DNA of 64,000 nt from Erysipelotrichaceae bacterium (GTDB lineage Bacteria > Bacillota_I > Bacilli_A > RFN20 > CAG-449): assembly GCA_015059045.1 (NCBI GenBank), contig SVBD01000001.1, forward strand, positions 135,876 through 199,875, written 5' to 3'. Shown in pieces: positions 11,080-23,045 of this stretch. The notes under the pieces were generated by a model. The model had not been told where the DNA came from. It saw only the letters and a program-made list of their open reading frames with translations, and searched no databases. Numbering within the stretch: position 1 is the first letter of the stretch; each line of letters opens with the position of its first letter. The position numbers and the translations under genes are program-made.

Positions 11080-11356
11080 AATTTCACTTCCAAATATATA
11101 TTATCAAAAAGAAAGTTCATTTAAAATAAAAATCACATAATTAAGTAAATGATAAGTGCTGTAAAATAAATTTCTTTTGTTTCAGGCAATAGAAAAGATG
11201 AATACTTAATTTCTTTTACTAAGCATTCATCTATCATACTTAAAAAATAATTTACTTTATAAACAAATTGTTCTTCATTTTTATCTTCGATAATCTCTAC
11301 TTGCAACATATTATCACCAAATTGATTATATACAAGTTACATGTTGAAATTTGTCA

Positions 11357-13759
11357 TTAAATAGCGACGATATTAACAATTTTATTTTTAATAACAATAA
11401 TTTTTTTAATTTCCTTACCTTCGATACGTGTTTTAACCGCATCTAAAGATAAAACTTTTTCTTTAATTTCTTCTTCGCTAGAGTTATTAGCAATCTTCAT
11501 TGTAGCGCGTAATTTACCACAAATTTGAATCGCAATTTCAATTTCATCAAGAACCAATTTAGATTCATCATATGTTGGCCATGCTTCAAAGTCAACGATA
11601 TCATCATGACCTAACATTTGCCACATCTCTTCACCTACGTGAGGACAAATACAGAATAACATTTTAACAAAATTCTCAAAATAAGGTTTATAAACTTTTT
11701 CTTGTTTATATACTTCATTAATGAAAATCATCATTTGCGAAATAGCTGTATTAAATGATAATTTTTCAAAGTCATCAGTAACTTTCTTAACTGTTACATT
11801 ATAAATGTAATCCAACTTACCATCATTTTCTTCTGATAATTTTACTTTTAAATTTTCATCTGCTAAAATTCTAAATACTCTTTCAATAAATCTCTTAGCG
11901 CCATCAAGACCTCCCATTGACCAAGGTAAACTAGCCTCAAGTGGTCCCATGAACATTTCATAAAGTCTTAAAGAGTCAGCGCCATATTTTTCAACTACAT
12001 CATCTGGGTTAATTACATTACCTTTTGATTTAGACATCTTTTCACCATTTTCACCTAAAATCATTCCTTGATGGAATAATTTTTTAAATGGTTCATCAAC
12101 AGGAAGTAATCCTTTATCAAATAAATATTTTGTCCAGAATCTAGAATATAATAAGTGACCTACTGCGTGTTCAGAGCCGCCAATATATAGATCTACAGGC
12201 ATCCAATGTTTTAATAATTCTTGAGATGCAAATTCTTTATCATTATTTGGATCAATATAACGAATAAAGTACCAACTTGAACCAGCACTACCAGGCATTG
12301 TTGAAGTTTCTCTTTTAGCTTCTTTTCCTTCATAAATTAAATTTACCCAATCAGTAGCTTTATCTAATGGAGAATTAGTATTTTTATCTCTCTTATAATC
12401 GCTTAATACTGGAAGAATTAAAGGTAATTCACTATCTTTTAATGGAACAATCTCACCATCAATAAATACAACAGGAATTGGTTCACCCCAATATCTTTGT
12501 CTAGCAAAAATCCATTCTCTTAATTTATAATTTACTTTCTTTTCACCAATATTATTTTCTTCTAAAAATTTAATCATTGCATCAATAGCATCTTGCTTAT
12601 TCATGCCGTTTATAAATCCTGAGTTAATATGTAATCCATCTTCAGTATATGCTTCAACTTCTACATTTCCACCTTCTAATACTGGAATAATTTCTAAGTT
12701 GAACTTTTTAGCAAATGCATAGTCTCTTTCATCATGAGCTGGAACTGCCATAATAGCGCCCGTTCCATAAGTAGCTAAAACATAATCTGAAATCCAAATT
12801 GGAATTTTCTTACCATTTACTGGATTAACTGCATAAGCTCCTGTAAATACACCGGTTTTATCTTTTGATAATTCAGTTCTTTCTAAATCTGATTTTTTAC
12901 TTGCTTCTTCAATATACGCTAAAACAGCACCGTATTGTTCTTTTGAAGCAACTTTTTTGACTAAATAATGTTCAGGAGCGAGTACACAATATGTTGCACC
13001 AAATAAAGTATCGCATCTAGTAGTAAATACAGTGAACTTTTCATCAGTATCTGCAACGTCAAATATTACATGAGCACCTTCAGATTTGCCAATCCAGTTA
13101 CGTTGAATTTCTTTTGTTGATTCAGGCCAATCAATATGATTTAACCCTTCTAATAATGCTTCAGCATATTTAGGAATATCAAGTACCCATTGTTTCATAT
13201 TCTTTCTTACGACTGGGAACCCACCACGTTCACTTTTACCGTTAATGACTTCATCATTAGCTAATACAGTACCTAATTCTTCACACCAATTAACTGGCAT
13301 ATCAATTAATCTAGCATAGCCATCAATTAATAATTGTTTAAAAATCCATTGAGTCCATTTATAGTAACTTGGATCACATGTAGAAATTTGCTTTGACCAG
13401 TCAAAAGAAAAACCTAACATTTTTAATTGCTTTTTAAATGTTTCAATATTTTCTAAAGTAAAACCTTCTGGGTGATTACCTGTATTAATTGCATATTGTT
13501 CTGCTGGTAATCCAAATGAATCAAATCCCATTGGATGAAGAACATTATAGCCTCGCATTCTCTTCATTCTTGAAACAATATCACTAGCAGTATATCCTTC
13601 AGGGTGACCAACGTGTAGACCTTGTCCTGATGGATATGGGAACATATCTAATGTATAATACTTAGGTTTAGAGAAATCATGAGTATCACAAAAATAAGTA
13701 TTGTGTTCTTCCCAATATTTTTGCCATTTCTTTTCAATATTTTGATAATCGTAATTCAT
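11357..13759 (-). CDS. leuS: Leucine--tRNA ligase
   Basis: 800 aa; HIGH-type motif (HVGHPEGY), KMSKS motif and the class I editing domain. Confidence 0.95.
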   Translation of the reverse strand: MNYDYQNIEKKWQKYWEEHNTYFCDTHDFSKPKYYTLDMFPYPSGQGLHVGHPEGYTASDIVSRMKRMRGYNVLHPMGFDSFGLPAEQYAINTGNHPEGFTLENIETFKKQLKMLGFSFDWSKQISTCDPSYYKWTQWIFKQLLIDGYARLIDMPVNWCEELGTVLANDEVINGKSERGGFPVVRKNMKQWVLDIPKYAEALLEGLNHIDWPESTKEIQRNWIGKSEGAHVIFDVADTDEKFTVFTTRCDTLFGATYCVLAPEHYLVKKVASKEQYGAVLAYIEEASKKSDLERTELSKDKTGVFTGAYAVNPVNGKKIPIWISDYVLATYGTGAIMAVPAHDERDYAFAKKFNLEIIPVLEGGNVEVEAYTEDGLHINSGFINGMNKQDAIDAMIKFLEENNIGEKKVNYKLREWIFARQRYWGEPIPVVFIDGEIVPLKDSELPLILPVLSDYKRDKNTNSPLDKATDWVNLIYEGKEAKRETSTMPGSAGSSWYFIRYIDPNNDKEFASQELLKHWMPVDLYIGGSEHAVGHLLYSRFWTKYLFDKGLLPVDEPFKKLFHQGMILGENGEKMSKSKGNVINPDDVVEKYGADSLRLYEMFMGPLEASLPWSMGGLDGAKRFIERVFRILADENLKVKLSEENDGKLDYIYNVTVKKVTDDFEKLSFNTAISQMMIFINEVYKQEKVYKPYFENFVKMLFCICPHVGEEMWQMLGHDDIVDFEAWPTYDESKLVLDEIEIAIQICGKLRATMKIANNSSEEEIKEKVLSLDAVKTRIEGKEIKKIIVIKNKIVNIVAI

Positions 13760-13828
13760 AACTACTACCTCCTAAAAGTTAGCATAACAAAAAAATTATA
13801 ACTACTTTGCTTATAATAAGCAATTAAA

Positions 13829-15271
13829 TTAGTTTGATAGTTTATTTTTTTGTATCATTTGTCGATATAATCTAATGTATTCTTTACTTGCTTTTGTCCA
13901 AGAAGAAGAACTATTCATTGCATTATGAATAATTTTAGACATAATTCTCTTTTTCGAATATAAATCAATTGCAAAAATCACATTCAATAAAAAATTATCA
14001 TCGTCAAAATTAAATAATAATCCATTTGCTACATCTTCGTTTAAAGTATTATAAGATACAATTGTATCTTTTAATCCACCAACCTTACTAGCAATTGGAA
14101 TTGTTCCATATCTTAAAGCAATAAGTTGAGCAATGCCACATGGTTCATATTTACTTGGCATTAATAAGAAATCACTTGCAGCATAAATTTTATGCGCTAA
14201 TTCGTTTGAATATTTTAATAAGCAACATGCATTTTCCTTGGAATCACAATAAAAACTTAGTTGATTTTCAAAGTCTTTTTCTCCTTTTCCAAGGATAACT
14301 AAATTTAAATCTAGTTTTAATAATTTTTGAATATTATTAACAATAAAACTGATACCTTTTTGATGTGTTAATCTACTAACAATGCAAAATAATGGTTTAT
14401 TTGGATCTTTTAGTCCTAGCTCTTCCATTAGATTTTCCTTGTTAATTTTCTTTCCCATATTAACATTATCTTTATTATAATTTGCATAAATATAACGATC
14501 GGTAGTTGGGTTAAATTCTTTTGTATCCAATCCATTCAAAACACCAACAAAATCAGTTCCTTTTGATGGTAGTATTTTTTCTAATCCATAAGAGGAAATT
14601 CCTCTTCTTAATTCATCTCTATGCGTTGGACTAACCGTTGTAACAATGTCTGATAAACAAATAGCGGCTTTTAAAAGATTTACTTTATCATCTAATCTAG
14701 CTAAACCATTATCAAAATAATATTCAGGAAGATTAAAATAATTCCATAAATCATTCCTATCACAAATACCTTGGAATGCAGGATTATGAATAGTTAACAT
14801 AAATCTTATGTTATCGTTTCTATCTTTATAATGATGATGAAGTAAACTAACTGCAGCTCCTTGCCAATCATGGATATGAACAATATCTACTTTTTTAATA
14901 ACTTCTTTAATTACTTTATAGGACGCCAAAGAAAAGAAAGCAAATCTTTCAAAATCATCATTTTCACCATAAATGTCTTTACGAGAAAAATAATATTCAT
15001 TACCTATAAGGTAATAAGTAACGTTATTTATTTCATAACAATACACATCACAAGATAATTTTCTCCATGCCATATCAATGTTTAATGTTGATATTAATCT
15101 AGCATTATCTTTGAATCCTTGACTTTCTTTAATACATTTATATAAAGGTAAAATAATTGATGCGTTAATTTTATTAATAACTAATTTTTTACTTAAGGAA
15201 TATACTACATCAGCAAGTCCACCTACTTTACAAAAAGGCAGAGCTTCACTTGAAACCATTACAACTTTCAT
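13829..15271 (-). CDS. glgA: Glycogen synthase (ADP-glucose type)
   Basis: 480 aa; N-terminal KVGGLADVV motif of GT5 glycogen synthases; immediately downstream of glgC/glgD. Confidence 0.9.
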   Translation of the reverse strand: MKVVMVSSEALPFCKVGGLADVVYSLSKKLVINKINASIILPLYKCIKESQGFKDNARLISTLNIDMAWRKLSCDVYCYEINNVTYYLIGNEYYFSRKDIYGENDDFERFAFFSLASYKVIKEVIKKVDIVHIHDWQGAAVSLLHHHYKDRNDNIRFMLTIHNPAFQGICDRNDLWNYFNLPEYYFDNGLARLDDKVNLLKAAICLSDIVTTVSPTHRDELRRGISSYGLEKILPSKGTDFVGVLNGLDTKEFNPTTDRYIYANYNKDNVNMGKKINKENLMEELGLKDPNKPLFCIVSRLTHQKGISFIVNNIQKLLKLDLNLVILGKGEKDFENQLSFYCDSKENACCLLKYSNELAHKIYAASDFLLMPSKYEPCGIAQLIALRYGTIPIASKVGGLKDTIVSYNTLNEDVANGLLFNFDDDNFLLNVIFAIDLYSKKRIMSKIIHNAMNSSSSWTKASKEYIRLYRQMIQKNKLSN

Positions 15272-16380
15272 TAGACTACGTCTCCTTGCTTAATATAAAT
15301 TGGTTTATTTAATTCACCAATTAATTCTTTTTTATAGAAAACTTGCGCATTTCTATCAACAATTACATTTTCCAAAATTGTATTATCTGATATTACAGAG
15401 TTAGATAGTATAATAGAGTTTTTGATGCGACAATTCTTACCAATTTTAACACTACGACAAATAATAGAATTACTTACTTCGCCTTCAATAATTGCTCCAT
15501 TTGAAACAAATGAATTTTTAATTGAACAATCACCTAAATATCTAGCTGGTGGCGTATTATGTGTCTTTGTATAAATAGGCCACTTATCATCATAGAATGT
15601 ATTAATCATTTCTTTATCTAACAATTCAAGAGAAACTTTAAAATATTTCTCAACCGAATCAATACAACGTAAAAATCCATTATACTCATATGTATCAATA
15701 GTTAAAGTAGAACAAATATAATTAATAATGTCATTTAAATGGAAAAATAAACTTGTCTTTTCCGCAAATCTTAAAATTTCTTTTAATTTAGATGTATTAA
15801 TGATGTAAGTTTCCATACTTAGATTAATACTTTTTTCTGCACCTTTATTTTTATAAATTCCTTTTAAATGATGTAGTTCATCTATATGGAAAGCATTACA
15901 CGAAATAAATTCATTTACATCCTCAACTTTTTTGAAACAAGCTGTTATTTCAGAATTATTTTCAATGTGTTTTTCAATAACTTTATTAAAATCTAATTTA
16001 TATAACATATGTGTTGGAGCAATAACGACATATTTATATAGATTTTCATCTAAAATCCATTCATTTTCAATTAAATTGTTAATATCAGTATTGTATAATT
16101 CCTCATTGGCATATTGCTCATTATAAAGTAAATATAAGGACCCTAATTTTGAATTTTCCGTATATGATTTATTATCATCAATATGTTTGATGATGGAACG
16201 GAAGTGTTTTTTTACTAAAATAGCGGTAGAATTGATTTTAGAGTTACCAAAATTACTTAATGGAATATCACAAAAAGAATATCTACCTAAAAATGTTAAA
16301 GCCGCCAAAGACCTTTTTGATGTCATTTGACCCAAATTCGTTTCATTATGTAAATTTAATAAACCAAGTACTCTATTCAT
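15271..16380 (-). CDS. glgD: Glucose-1-phosphate adenylyltransferase, GlgD regulatory subunit
   Basis: 369 aa; NTP-transferase fold with left-handed beta-helix C-terminus; lacks the catalytic GGxGxRL motif; paired with glgC. Confidence 0.75.
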   Translation of the reverse strand: MNRVLGLLNLHNETNLGQMTSKRSLAALTFLGRYSFCDIPLSNFGNSKINSTAILVKKHFRSIIKHIDDNKSYTENSKLGSLYLLYNEQYANEELYNTDINNLIENEWILDENLYKYVVIAPTHMLYKLDFNKVIEKHIENNSEITACFKKVEDVNEFISCNAFHIDELHHLKGIYKNKGAEKSINLSMETYIINTSKLKEILRFAEKTSLFFHLNDIINYICSTLTIDTYEYNGFLRCIDSVEKYFKVSLELLDKEMINTFYDDKWPIYTKTHNTPPARYLGDCSIKNSFVSNGAIIEGEVSNSIICRSVKIGKNCRIKNSIILSNSVISDNTILENVIVDRNAQVFYKKELIGELNKPIYIKQGDVV

Positions 16381-16382
16381 AA

Positions 16383-17504
16383 TTATTTCTCCACTAAAAT
16401 AACATCAATATTTTCTTCATTGATTATACGATTTTCATCAATTACTACATTAGGTGCAACAATTGATTTATATATTTTTGTTCCTTTATTAATTTTTGCT
16501 CCAGGCATAATAACAGAATCATATATTTGACAATCTTCTTCAATTACGACGTCAGTAAAAATTACACTATGATCGACATTACCATAAATCTTACTACCTT
16601 GATTAACCATACTTCTTTTAATTGAAGCATTAGGTCCAACAAATTGAGGTAGACTTTTTGTATCTTCAGAATAAATTTTAAATGCATCAGCGTCTTCATA
16701 TAATTCTAAACAATTTATGTCATCTAATAAATCCATATTTGCCGCCCACAAACTTGAAAGTGTACCTACATCTCTCCAATATCCTTTAAATGGAAAAGCA
16801 AAAATTTTCTTTTTCTTATTCAATAAATATGGGATTATATCCTTACCAAAATCTCTTGATGAATCTTGATTTTTAGCATCAAATTTTAATGCGTCGTAAA
16901 GAACTTTATATTTAAAAATATAAATACCCATAGAAGCCTTAGTAGATTTAGGCTTTTTAGGTTTTTCAACAAATTTTGTAACTAATTGATTTTTATCTGT
17001 TTCAAGAATACCGAATCTACTTGCTTCAGAAATATCAACTTCTATACAAGCGATTGCAACATCACCATTTTTATGTTTAAGGAAGCTAAGCATTTTAGAA
17101 TAATTCATCTTATAAATGTGATCGCTAGAAGCAATTAATACGTATTCTGGTTCAAATCTATCGATAAAGTCTAAATTTTTATATATAGCATCTGCAGTGC
17201 CTTCATACCAAGAATTTCCTTCTTCTTTTTCTCTTGGGGATAATAAAGTAAATGTAGAATTGTTTCCATCAAACCCCCAGTTTTTACCACTAGAAGTATA
17301 TTGATTCAAGTCAATAGATTCATATTGTGTTATCAATCCGACATTATTGATATTTGAATTTGCAAGATTTGATAAGACAAAATCAACAATGCGATACTTT
17401 CCACCAAAATGTACTGCAGGTTTAGCAGTATTTCTTGTTAAGCCCTTTAAACGAGTACCTTTACCGCCTGCTAAGACTAATGCAACTATCTCTTTTCTAT
17501 CCAT
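16383..17504 (-). CDS. glgC: Glucose-1-phosphate adenylyltransferase catalytic subunit
   Basis: 373 aa; LAGGKGTRL motif plus the beta-helix C-terminal domain. Confidence 0.9.
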   Translation of the reverse strand: MDRKEIVALVLAGGKGTRLKGLTRNTAKPAVHFGGKYRIVDFVLSNLANSNINNVGLITQYESIDLNQYTSSGKNWGFDGNNSTFTLLSPREKEEGNSWYEGTADAIYKNLDFIDRFEPEYVLIASSDHIYKMNYSKMLSFLKHKNGDVAIACIEVDISEASRFGILETDKNQLVTKFVEKPKKPKSTKASMGIYIFKYKVLYDALKFDAKNQDSSRDFGKDIIPYLLNKKKKIFAFPFKGYWRDVGTLSSLWAANMDLLDDINCLELYEDADAFKIYSEDTKSLPQFVGPNASIKRSMVNQGSKIYGNVDHSVIFTDVVIEEDCQIYDSVIMPGAKINKGTKIYKSIVAPNVVIDENRIINEENIDVILVEK

Positions 17505-17507
17505 ACT

Positions 17508-18440
17508 TTACTCCTCCTTTCCATGAATTTGATCATAAATGTCCTCTGCAGATTTAAATATATAATCTATAGTACTGACTTTTTTATCAATTAAATTATG
17601 CTTATATTTTTTTATCAATGATTGAGATAATTTTATTCTTTGATTTGGAACATAAATGGCTAAATAGTTTTCAAATGCTGTTATTGTAATTTTTGAATTA
17701 AAGTACATTTGTAATCTATTTACTAAGCTAATTAATTCATTTGAGCAAATTGAGTTTGTTTTCTTTCCATATGTTGAAAAAACATTAATTTTATTTGGAT
17801 ATTTTGGACTATCATAATAAAAATCAAAGACATTTTTCCCATTGAAATTATTAATTTTATGATTCTCAATAGTATCTAATTGTATAAATTCATTTAAGCA
17901 TTTATTTGAAGAAAATACATATAATGATGAATGTTTAATTTTGCCTTTTGTCGTTATTTGAAATATATCTAAATTACCTTTTTTCTTAATCGAACAAATA
18001 TGTTCGTTAATTTCCATAACAATATTATTAGCTGTATAAATACTATCCATTGTCTTAATATTAAGATTAAATTTGTTTGTATTTATCGAGTAATCTATCA
18101 GTTGAAGTTCGTCAAATATAAAAGAATTATAATATTTTTGATATTTTTTGTTAAAAACAAAATATTCAATTAAAACAATTAAAATAGTTGTTAGTAATGC
18201 GATAAATAACAAGAAGACATTAATTATTGTTTTAATATTTTCTTCAACAAAATAAATTAAATTAAATGTTTCAAAAAAATATTCCCTATAAAAAATATCA
18301 TAAAACGCAGGCAATGAAAAAACTAAATATGTAAAAGAAAAACAACAAAAAGAAATTATCATTGAAATAATAATTTTAGTAAGATAATAAGATCTTAATT
18401 CGATAAGTCTTATATCAATTAATGAATAATCTTTTTTCAT
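17508..18440 (-). CDS. Hypothetical membrane protein (2 N-terminal TM helices)
   Basis: 310 aa; ORF only; no recognisable domain. Confidence 0.4.
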   Translation of the reverse strand: MKKDYSLIDIRLIELRSYYLTKIIISMIISFCCFSFTYLVFSLPAFYDIFYREYFFETFNLIYFVEENIKTIINVFLLFIALLTTILIVLIEYFVFNKKYQKYYNSFIFDELQLIDYSINTNKFNLNIKTMDSIYTANNIVMEINEHICSIKKKGNLDIFQITTKGKIKHSSLYVFSSNKCLNEFIQLDTIENHKINNFNGKNVFDFYYDSPKYPNKINVFSTYGKKTNSICSNELISLVNRLQMYFNSKITITAFENYLAIYVPNQRIKLSQSLIKKYKHNLIDKKVSTIDYIFKSAEDIYDQIHGKEE

Positions 18441-18521
18441 ATTTTTCGTTCCTTTCTTTTATTATATCATATAAAAATAAAACAAATATCAAAAATATTT
18501 ATAAATAATTAATATATTTAT

Positions 18522-18550
18522 AAATAAAAAGGAGAGTATAATTACTCTCC
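18522..18550 (-). terminator. Rho-independent terminator
   Basis: GGAGAGTA-taat-TACTCTCC hairpin followed by a T-run on the minus strand. Confidence 0.55.
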
Positions 18551-18558
18551 ACTAAATT

Positions 18559-18993
18559 CTAGAAATAATCTTCTTCTTTTGGCGCTTTTCTCTTTTTGAA
18601 GATAGCGAAGAAAATAACAAACAGGATTAGGTATGGAACAAACGAGAACCAATTAGCTAGTAATACTTGTGTTACCATTTCATTATTAATTAATCCTGAG
18701 ATTAATCCCATTAGGAAACTATGAAATGTTATGAAAAATTCAGAAATAACTGTAATTCCTGCTAGTAATCCATTACCAAAATCTCCTAAACCAATTAAAG
18801 TAGTATTAACAACTTCGATTGTAGTTAGAAAATAAAGTAACCCATGAATAAATGGCAAGAAGAAAATACTTGCAAAAAATCCTCTAAACCTTGCAATTAA
18901 TAACAAGAAAAAGAATGGTATAATTAACGCACTAAATATTCCACAAACTTCAAGAATAGAAACAATAGTAGATTCTAATAATAACAATTCCAT
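18559..18993 (-). CDS. Small integral membrane protein (4 TM)
   Basis: 144 aa; hydrophobic throughout. Confidence 0.4.
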   Translation of the reverse strand: MELLLLESTIVSILEVCGIFSALIIPFFFLLLIARFRGFFASIFFLPFIHGLLYFLTTIEVVNTTLIGLGDFGNGLLAGITVISEFFITFHSFLMGLISGLINNEMVTQVLLANWFSFVPYLILFVIFFAIFKKRKAPKEEDYF

Positions 18994-19043
18994 AATAAAT
19001 CCTCCTTTATTTATTATATAATAATAATGTTTAATATCAAATA

Positions 19044-22000
19044 TTATTTACGAATTTCAAAAGTATCTACAAATGAACGATTGTTTTGTCTAGAAACAAG
19101 TAAAGTTTTATCAACAATCTTACTTAGATCAGATACTTTTTCACTTGGTGCAGAAAGAATAACTTGAAGACCAAATGATTTTAAAATTTTAATAGATTCA
19201 ATAATTCTTGTTGAGTCCATTTTAGAGAAAGCTTCATCAAAAATTACTAATCTAATTGAGTTATTTAATGAATTAGAGCGAATTCTATATAATTGACTAA
19301 ATGACGCTAAAATTGAAACGTAGAATGGAGTTTGAGTTTCACCACCAGATTGTTTTTTCATATTTTTAGCTAGAGAATAAGTTCTTTCTTCACCTTTAGT
19401 AACTAACATATCAAACATTAAATATGTTCGATAATCAGTGAATTTTTCTACATTTTGTTCAAGAACGCTATCCTTATCTTTGTTTGATCCTGATAAGTCA
19501 CCAATTAATTTAAATAAATTAGACATTACATCTTGATATTTATTTAAGTATAATTGTTCATCTTCCCCATAAGTTAATAATAATTCATCTGTAATCATAT
19601 CGTAATATTCACGATATTGAGGTGCTGGAGAGACGACAAATTGATAACTATCTTGACCAAATCTTGCATCTTTTAATGCTTCATTTAATTCGTCAATTTG
19701 ATTTCTTACACTTTCAATTGATGTCTTTAGTTTAAAGATGAAATCATCTTTAAATTCTTTAGTTGCTTTTTCATAAGCATCTTTAATTTTAGCTTGGTAT
19801 TGAGGAAGTTTAACATCCCTAATATTTTCTAAATCACGGTCAAATTCAACATTTGTTTCTTTTGTAATATCATATGATAGTTTATAAGTTAAAACATATT
19901 CTCTTCTTAATTCTTGAAGAAGATTCATTTGAGCTCTAATCTTATTTTGGCTACGTGTGTATAAATCATCATAATAACTTCTAATAGCGATTAATGAACG
20001 TCCAGTATCTAATTCTTCTTGGAATTTCTCTAACGCGTAATTATTGATGAAATCTTTATCAAATGTTTCATTAATTTCGTTTAAGATACGATTTGAATTT
20101 TCGATTTGATATGGAATTTTTTCTTCAACAATATCCTTAATTGCTTGAGATAAAGTACCTTTTTCTAAGATTAATGATTGTTTGTCATCTTGAAGTTTTT
20201 CAATGTCATGTTCAATCTTTCTAATCTTATTATCAATTGTTGTAACTTCATAAGAACCAGCATTTTCTAATTCTTGTTTATATCCTTCTAAATTCTTTCT
20301 TAAACCAGATAAATTTTCTGCTTCATCTAATACAACTAAAGCTGATTCAACTTCGTTTTTATTTAATACTTCTAATTTAGAAGCAAAACTCAATGCATCA
20401 ACAAATTCCTTTAATAAAGTAATTTCTTCTCCTTCATGAGCAAATTCTCTACCTCTTACATTAATTAAATCTTGAGAAACTCTTCTACCTAATAAAGGGT
20501 ATTGATAATTTCTTTCAGGAATAAAGAAAGATGCAAAGTTACGATATCCTTCACATTTTGGTGTGATACCATGTCCTGACTCTCTTGCTTCAGCAAAAGT
20601 TTCACATTTAATCATTTTTCCTAATAGGAAATTTGTATAATCTTTAGCGCCTTGATGATCTGTAATGATTTCTTCTGCTAAAGAATTAGGTAAAGCGTAG
20701 AATTGTTGTTCATTTAACTTTCTAGCGTCCACTAAACCAGTATTATAATAATTATGAGCTTTTAATATTTCAGGAAGAATTCTATTTGCAGCTTCATAAT
20801 ATTTATCTTCAACGAATAAATTTAGTTTTTGACGATAGATAAATCCTTCTATAGCCTTAATCCATTTTGGAGTCTTAATATCAACTAAATCAGCATAGAT
20901 TAATACATCGACATGTTCATTAAAATAATCAGTTAAACGATGTTGTAATTCGCTTCTAACTTGTTTTAAGTTGTAGTCATACATCTTTGTACCTTGTTGT
21001 AAATCATTGATTTGTTGTTTCTTCAATGTATGACTTGTAACTAACTCATTTAAATAGTTTTTAAGTGAAACGTATACTTCATTAATTACTTCTTTGAATA
21101 AGTTAATAGAATCTCTAAATTCTAATAAACTATGTCTAGAAATATGATCTTCAGAATAAATGACTGACTTGAAATCTTCAGCTTTTTCAACCATATCTAC
21201 ACAAACGCTATTAACTTTATTTAATTCATGTTGATATCTAGTCAAAATTGTTAAATTTTTATTATCACTATCAACAAACGCTAATAATTTTTTAGAAGCA
21301 TTTTCAAAATTATTAATGTATGATGAAAAATTATTTCTAATTGTTTGTAATGATAATTCTAAAGAATTAATTTTCGATTCTAAATTTTCTTTAGCGTTAG
21401 TTAATTCTAAAGTTAAGTTATATGAACCAGAAGAAACCTTTTCTCCAATATATGATTCTTTTTGCTTAGTCAATGAAACAATTTCTAAATCAATTTCCTT
21501 AATTTGATCATCTATTTCAACTAAACGATTCTTGTTTGAATCAACATCCTTTTGTAAGTTAGAAATTTGATCTAAGAATACTTGATAAGTGATGCGCTTT
21601 GAAATGTAGTTAGCTAAATTTAAATCTCTTTTACGAGAAGCAAATTCTTGATATTGTTTATGGATTTCCTCTAAGCGTCTTATCTTAATTTGCATATTTT
21701 CAGCTTCAAGTTCTAAACGTTTATATTGTTGAATATTTGCCCTCATTGAATCGATATTAATTTCATTTGGAACATCGCAAACATATTCAGTTAAAAATTG
21801 TTCAATGTTTGTAATTGGAGTAAATGAAACTGCCTTCTTAAATAATGAGAAGTATTTATGTTTTAAGTTTCCAAAAATTTCTTTAATCTTTTCTTGGTAT
21901 TGAGCGTTTGAATCTGCAAAGAAGAATTCATTACGAGTATAGTTTTGTCCTAAATATTCTACTAATGCCTTATAAGACATAGGAACACCTAAACTAACAA

Positions 22001-22415
22001 ATCCATTATCAGGTAACTTATCTTGTAAAATAAAGAAGTGGTGTTCTTCACTATTATCTTCAAACACATCAAAGACAATACCAGTTACAAATTCTTTTTG
22101 ATTAATATCATCAAACCATTCCATAGCGATATATGAAGTAAAACGACCATTTCTTAAATATTTAAATGATCCTGCTCCATCATCACCAATTTCACCTTTT
22201 AAATACCCTTTTAATGTACGACCTGATTTTTCATTAGCCGCTTTATTAAATGTTCTTCCTGATGTATCACCAAGTAAGACAATTTGCATTGCGTCAATTA
22301 ATGTTGATTTACCAGCAGCATTTTGTCCAGTTAAGAAGTTAACTTGATCAAGTTCAAATGTAACATTGTAGAAATAGTGCCAATTGATAATTCTAATTTT
22401 CTTTAATAACTTCAT
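19044..22415 (-). CDS. SMC-like ATPase of MukB/MksB/JetC type (DUF3584-like)
   Basis: 1123 aa; N-terminal INWHYFYN...LTGQNAAGKSTLIDA Walker A typical of MukB/MksB/JetC; long coiled-coil middle; C-terminal Walker B/D-loop LVIFDEAFSKMD. Confidence 0.65.
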   Translation of the reverse strand: MKLLKKIRIINWHYFYNVTFELDQVNFLTGQNAAGKSTLIDAMQIVLLGDTSGRTFNKAANEKSGRTLKGYLKGEIGDDGAGSFKYLRNGRFTSYIAMEWFDDINQKEFVTGIVFDVFEDNSEEHHFFILQDKLPDNGFVSLGVPMSYKALVEYLGQNYTRNEFFFADSNAQYQEKIKEIFGNLKHKYFSLFKKAVSFTPITNIEQFLTEYVCDVPNEINIDSMRANIQQYKRLELEAENMQIKIRRLEEIHKQYQEFASRKRDLNLANYISKRITYQVFLDQISNLQKDVDSNKNRLVEIDDQIKEIDLEIVSLTKQKESYIGEKVSSGSYNLTLELTNAKENLESKINSLELSLQTIRNNFSSYINNFENASKKLLAFVDSDNKNLTILTRYQHELNKVNSVCVDMVEKAEDFKSVIYSEDHISRHSLLEFRDSINLFKEVINEVYVSLKNYLNELVTSHTLKKQQINDLQQGTKMYDYNLKQVRSELQHRLTDYFNEHVDVLIYADLVDIKTPKWIKAIEGFIYRQKLNLFVEDKYYEAANRILPEILKAHNYYNTGLVDARKLNEQQFYALPNSLAEEIITDHQGAKDYTNFLLGKMIKCETFAEARESGHGITPKCEGYRNFASFFIPERNYQYPLLGRRVSQDLINVRGREFAHEGEEITLLKEFVDALSFASKLEVLNKNEVESALVVLDEAENLSGLRKNLEGYKQELENAGSYEVTTIDNKIRKIEHDIEKLQDDKQSLILEKGTLSQAIKDIVEEKIPYQIENSNRILNEINETFDKDFINNYALEKFQEELDTGRSLIAIRSYYDDLYTRSQNKIRAQMNLLQELRREYVLTYKLSYDITKETNVEFDRDLENIRDVKLPQYQAKIKDAYEKATKEFKDDFIFKLKTSIESVRNQIDELNEALKDARFGQDSYQFVVSPAPQYREYYDMITDELLLTYGEDEQLYLNKYQDVMSNLFKLIGDLSGSNKDKDSVLEQNVEKFTDYRTYLMFDMLVTKGEERTYSLAKNMKKQSGGETQTPFYVSILASFSQLYRIRSNSLNNSIRLVIFDEAFSKMDSTRIIESIKILKSFGLQVILSAPSEKVSDLSKIVDKTLLVSRQNNRSFVDTFEIRK

Positions 22416-22425
22416 AGCCTACCTC

Positions 22426-23043
22426 CTAAAATGCTTCATCTACGCCATATTGAGCAATTTCATCAAAAATAGCGTTAATTTTATCCATGTCAATAACATA
22501 TAGGATTGAAGGTAAAATATAGAATGTAAATGTACGATCTCTAAATTCACCTGCAACACGATTTATAATATTGTGATTTTCTAAAAAACGATAACAGCTT
22601 GCCATACTGACTGCGCTTGGTTTCTTATCAAGACGAACAAGACCTTTTTCAACTAAAACTTTCAATAATTCAGTTGCGTTAGTAAATACTTCAGTAGTCA
22701 TTTGTTCTTCTTCTCTAGCGCATTCATATAAATAACGTAAACCATATACCATAATTGATGTTAAGAAATCTAAACGAATATGATTTTCTTGATATTCATT
22801 ATTAATCGAAATAACACCTAAACGACTATCTTTTTCAATTAACCATCCTGAATATCCTAAGTATTCACGAATTAAATCAATATTTCTTTCGCAAAAAGAA
22901 TAATCACGATTACTCTTCATCATCTTCAAATGACGATCATATGTTTCTCTTAAAATAAATGATTTTAGCATTAATGTATTTACAACATGAGCAAATTCTT
23001 CTTTATCTGCATTTGTAAATTTTTCGTATTCTTCAAAAAACAT
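22426..23043 (-). CDS. MksE/JetB-like (DUF4194-like) kleisin-associated subunit candidate
   Basis: 205 aa acidic protein; position and size match the middle gene of mksFEB/jetABC operons; no independent motif. Confidence 0.45.
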   Translation of the reverse strand: MFFEEYEKFTNADKEEFAHVVNTLMLKSFILRETYDRHLKMMKSNRDYSFCERNIDLIREYLGYSGWLIEKDSRLGVISINNEYQENHIRLDFLTSIMVYGLRYLYECAREEEQMTTEVFTNATELLKVLVEKGLVRLDKKPSAVSMASCYRFLENHNIINRVAGEFRDRTFTFYILPSILYVIDMDKINAIFDEIAQYGVDEAF

Positions 23044-23045
23044 TT

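Noticed and set aside
11080-11356. 277-bp AT-rich intergenic region checked for a tRNA or small RNA gene
   Set aside because: No cloverleaf-compatible GC-rich stems or conserved T-loop (GTTC) / D-loop elements are visible; the composition is uniformly A/T.
13760-13828. Expected T-box leader upstream of leuS (and upstream of pheS at 36431..36545)
   Set aside because: Both intergenic regions (70 nt and about 115 nt) are too short for a T-box riboswitch (over 200 nt), and no specifier/T-box consensus (AATTAGGGTGGNACCGCG-like) is visible.
17508-18440. Possible missing JetD/MksG in the 310-aa ORF downstream of the SMC-like gene
   Set aside because: The protein begins with two TM helices, is Lys/Asn/Ile-rich and low-complexity, and has no Toprim-like acidic motif, so it is not a JetD candidate.
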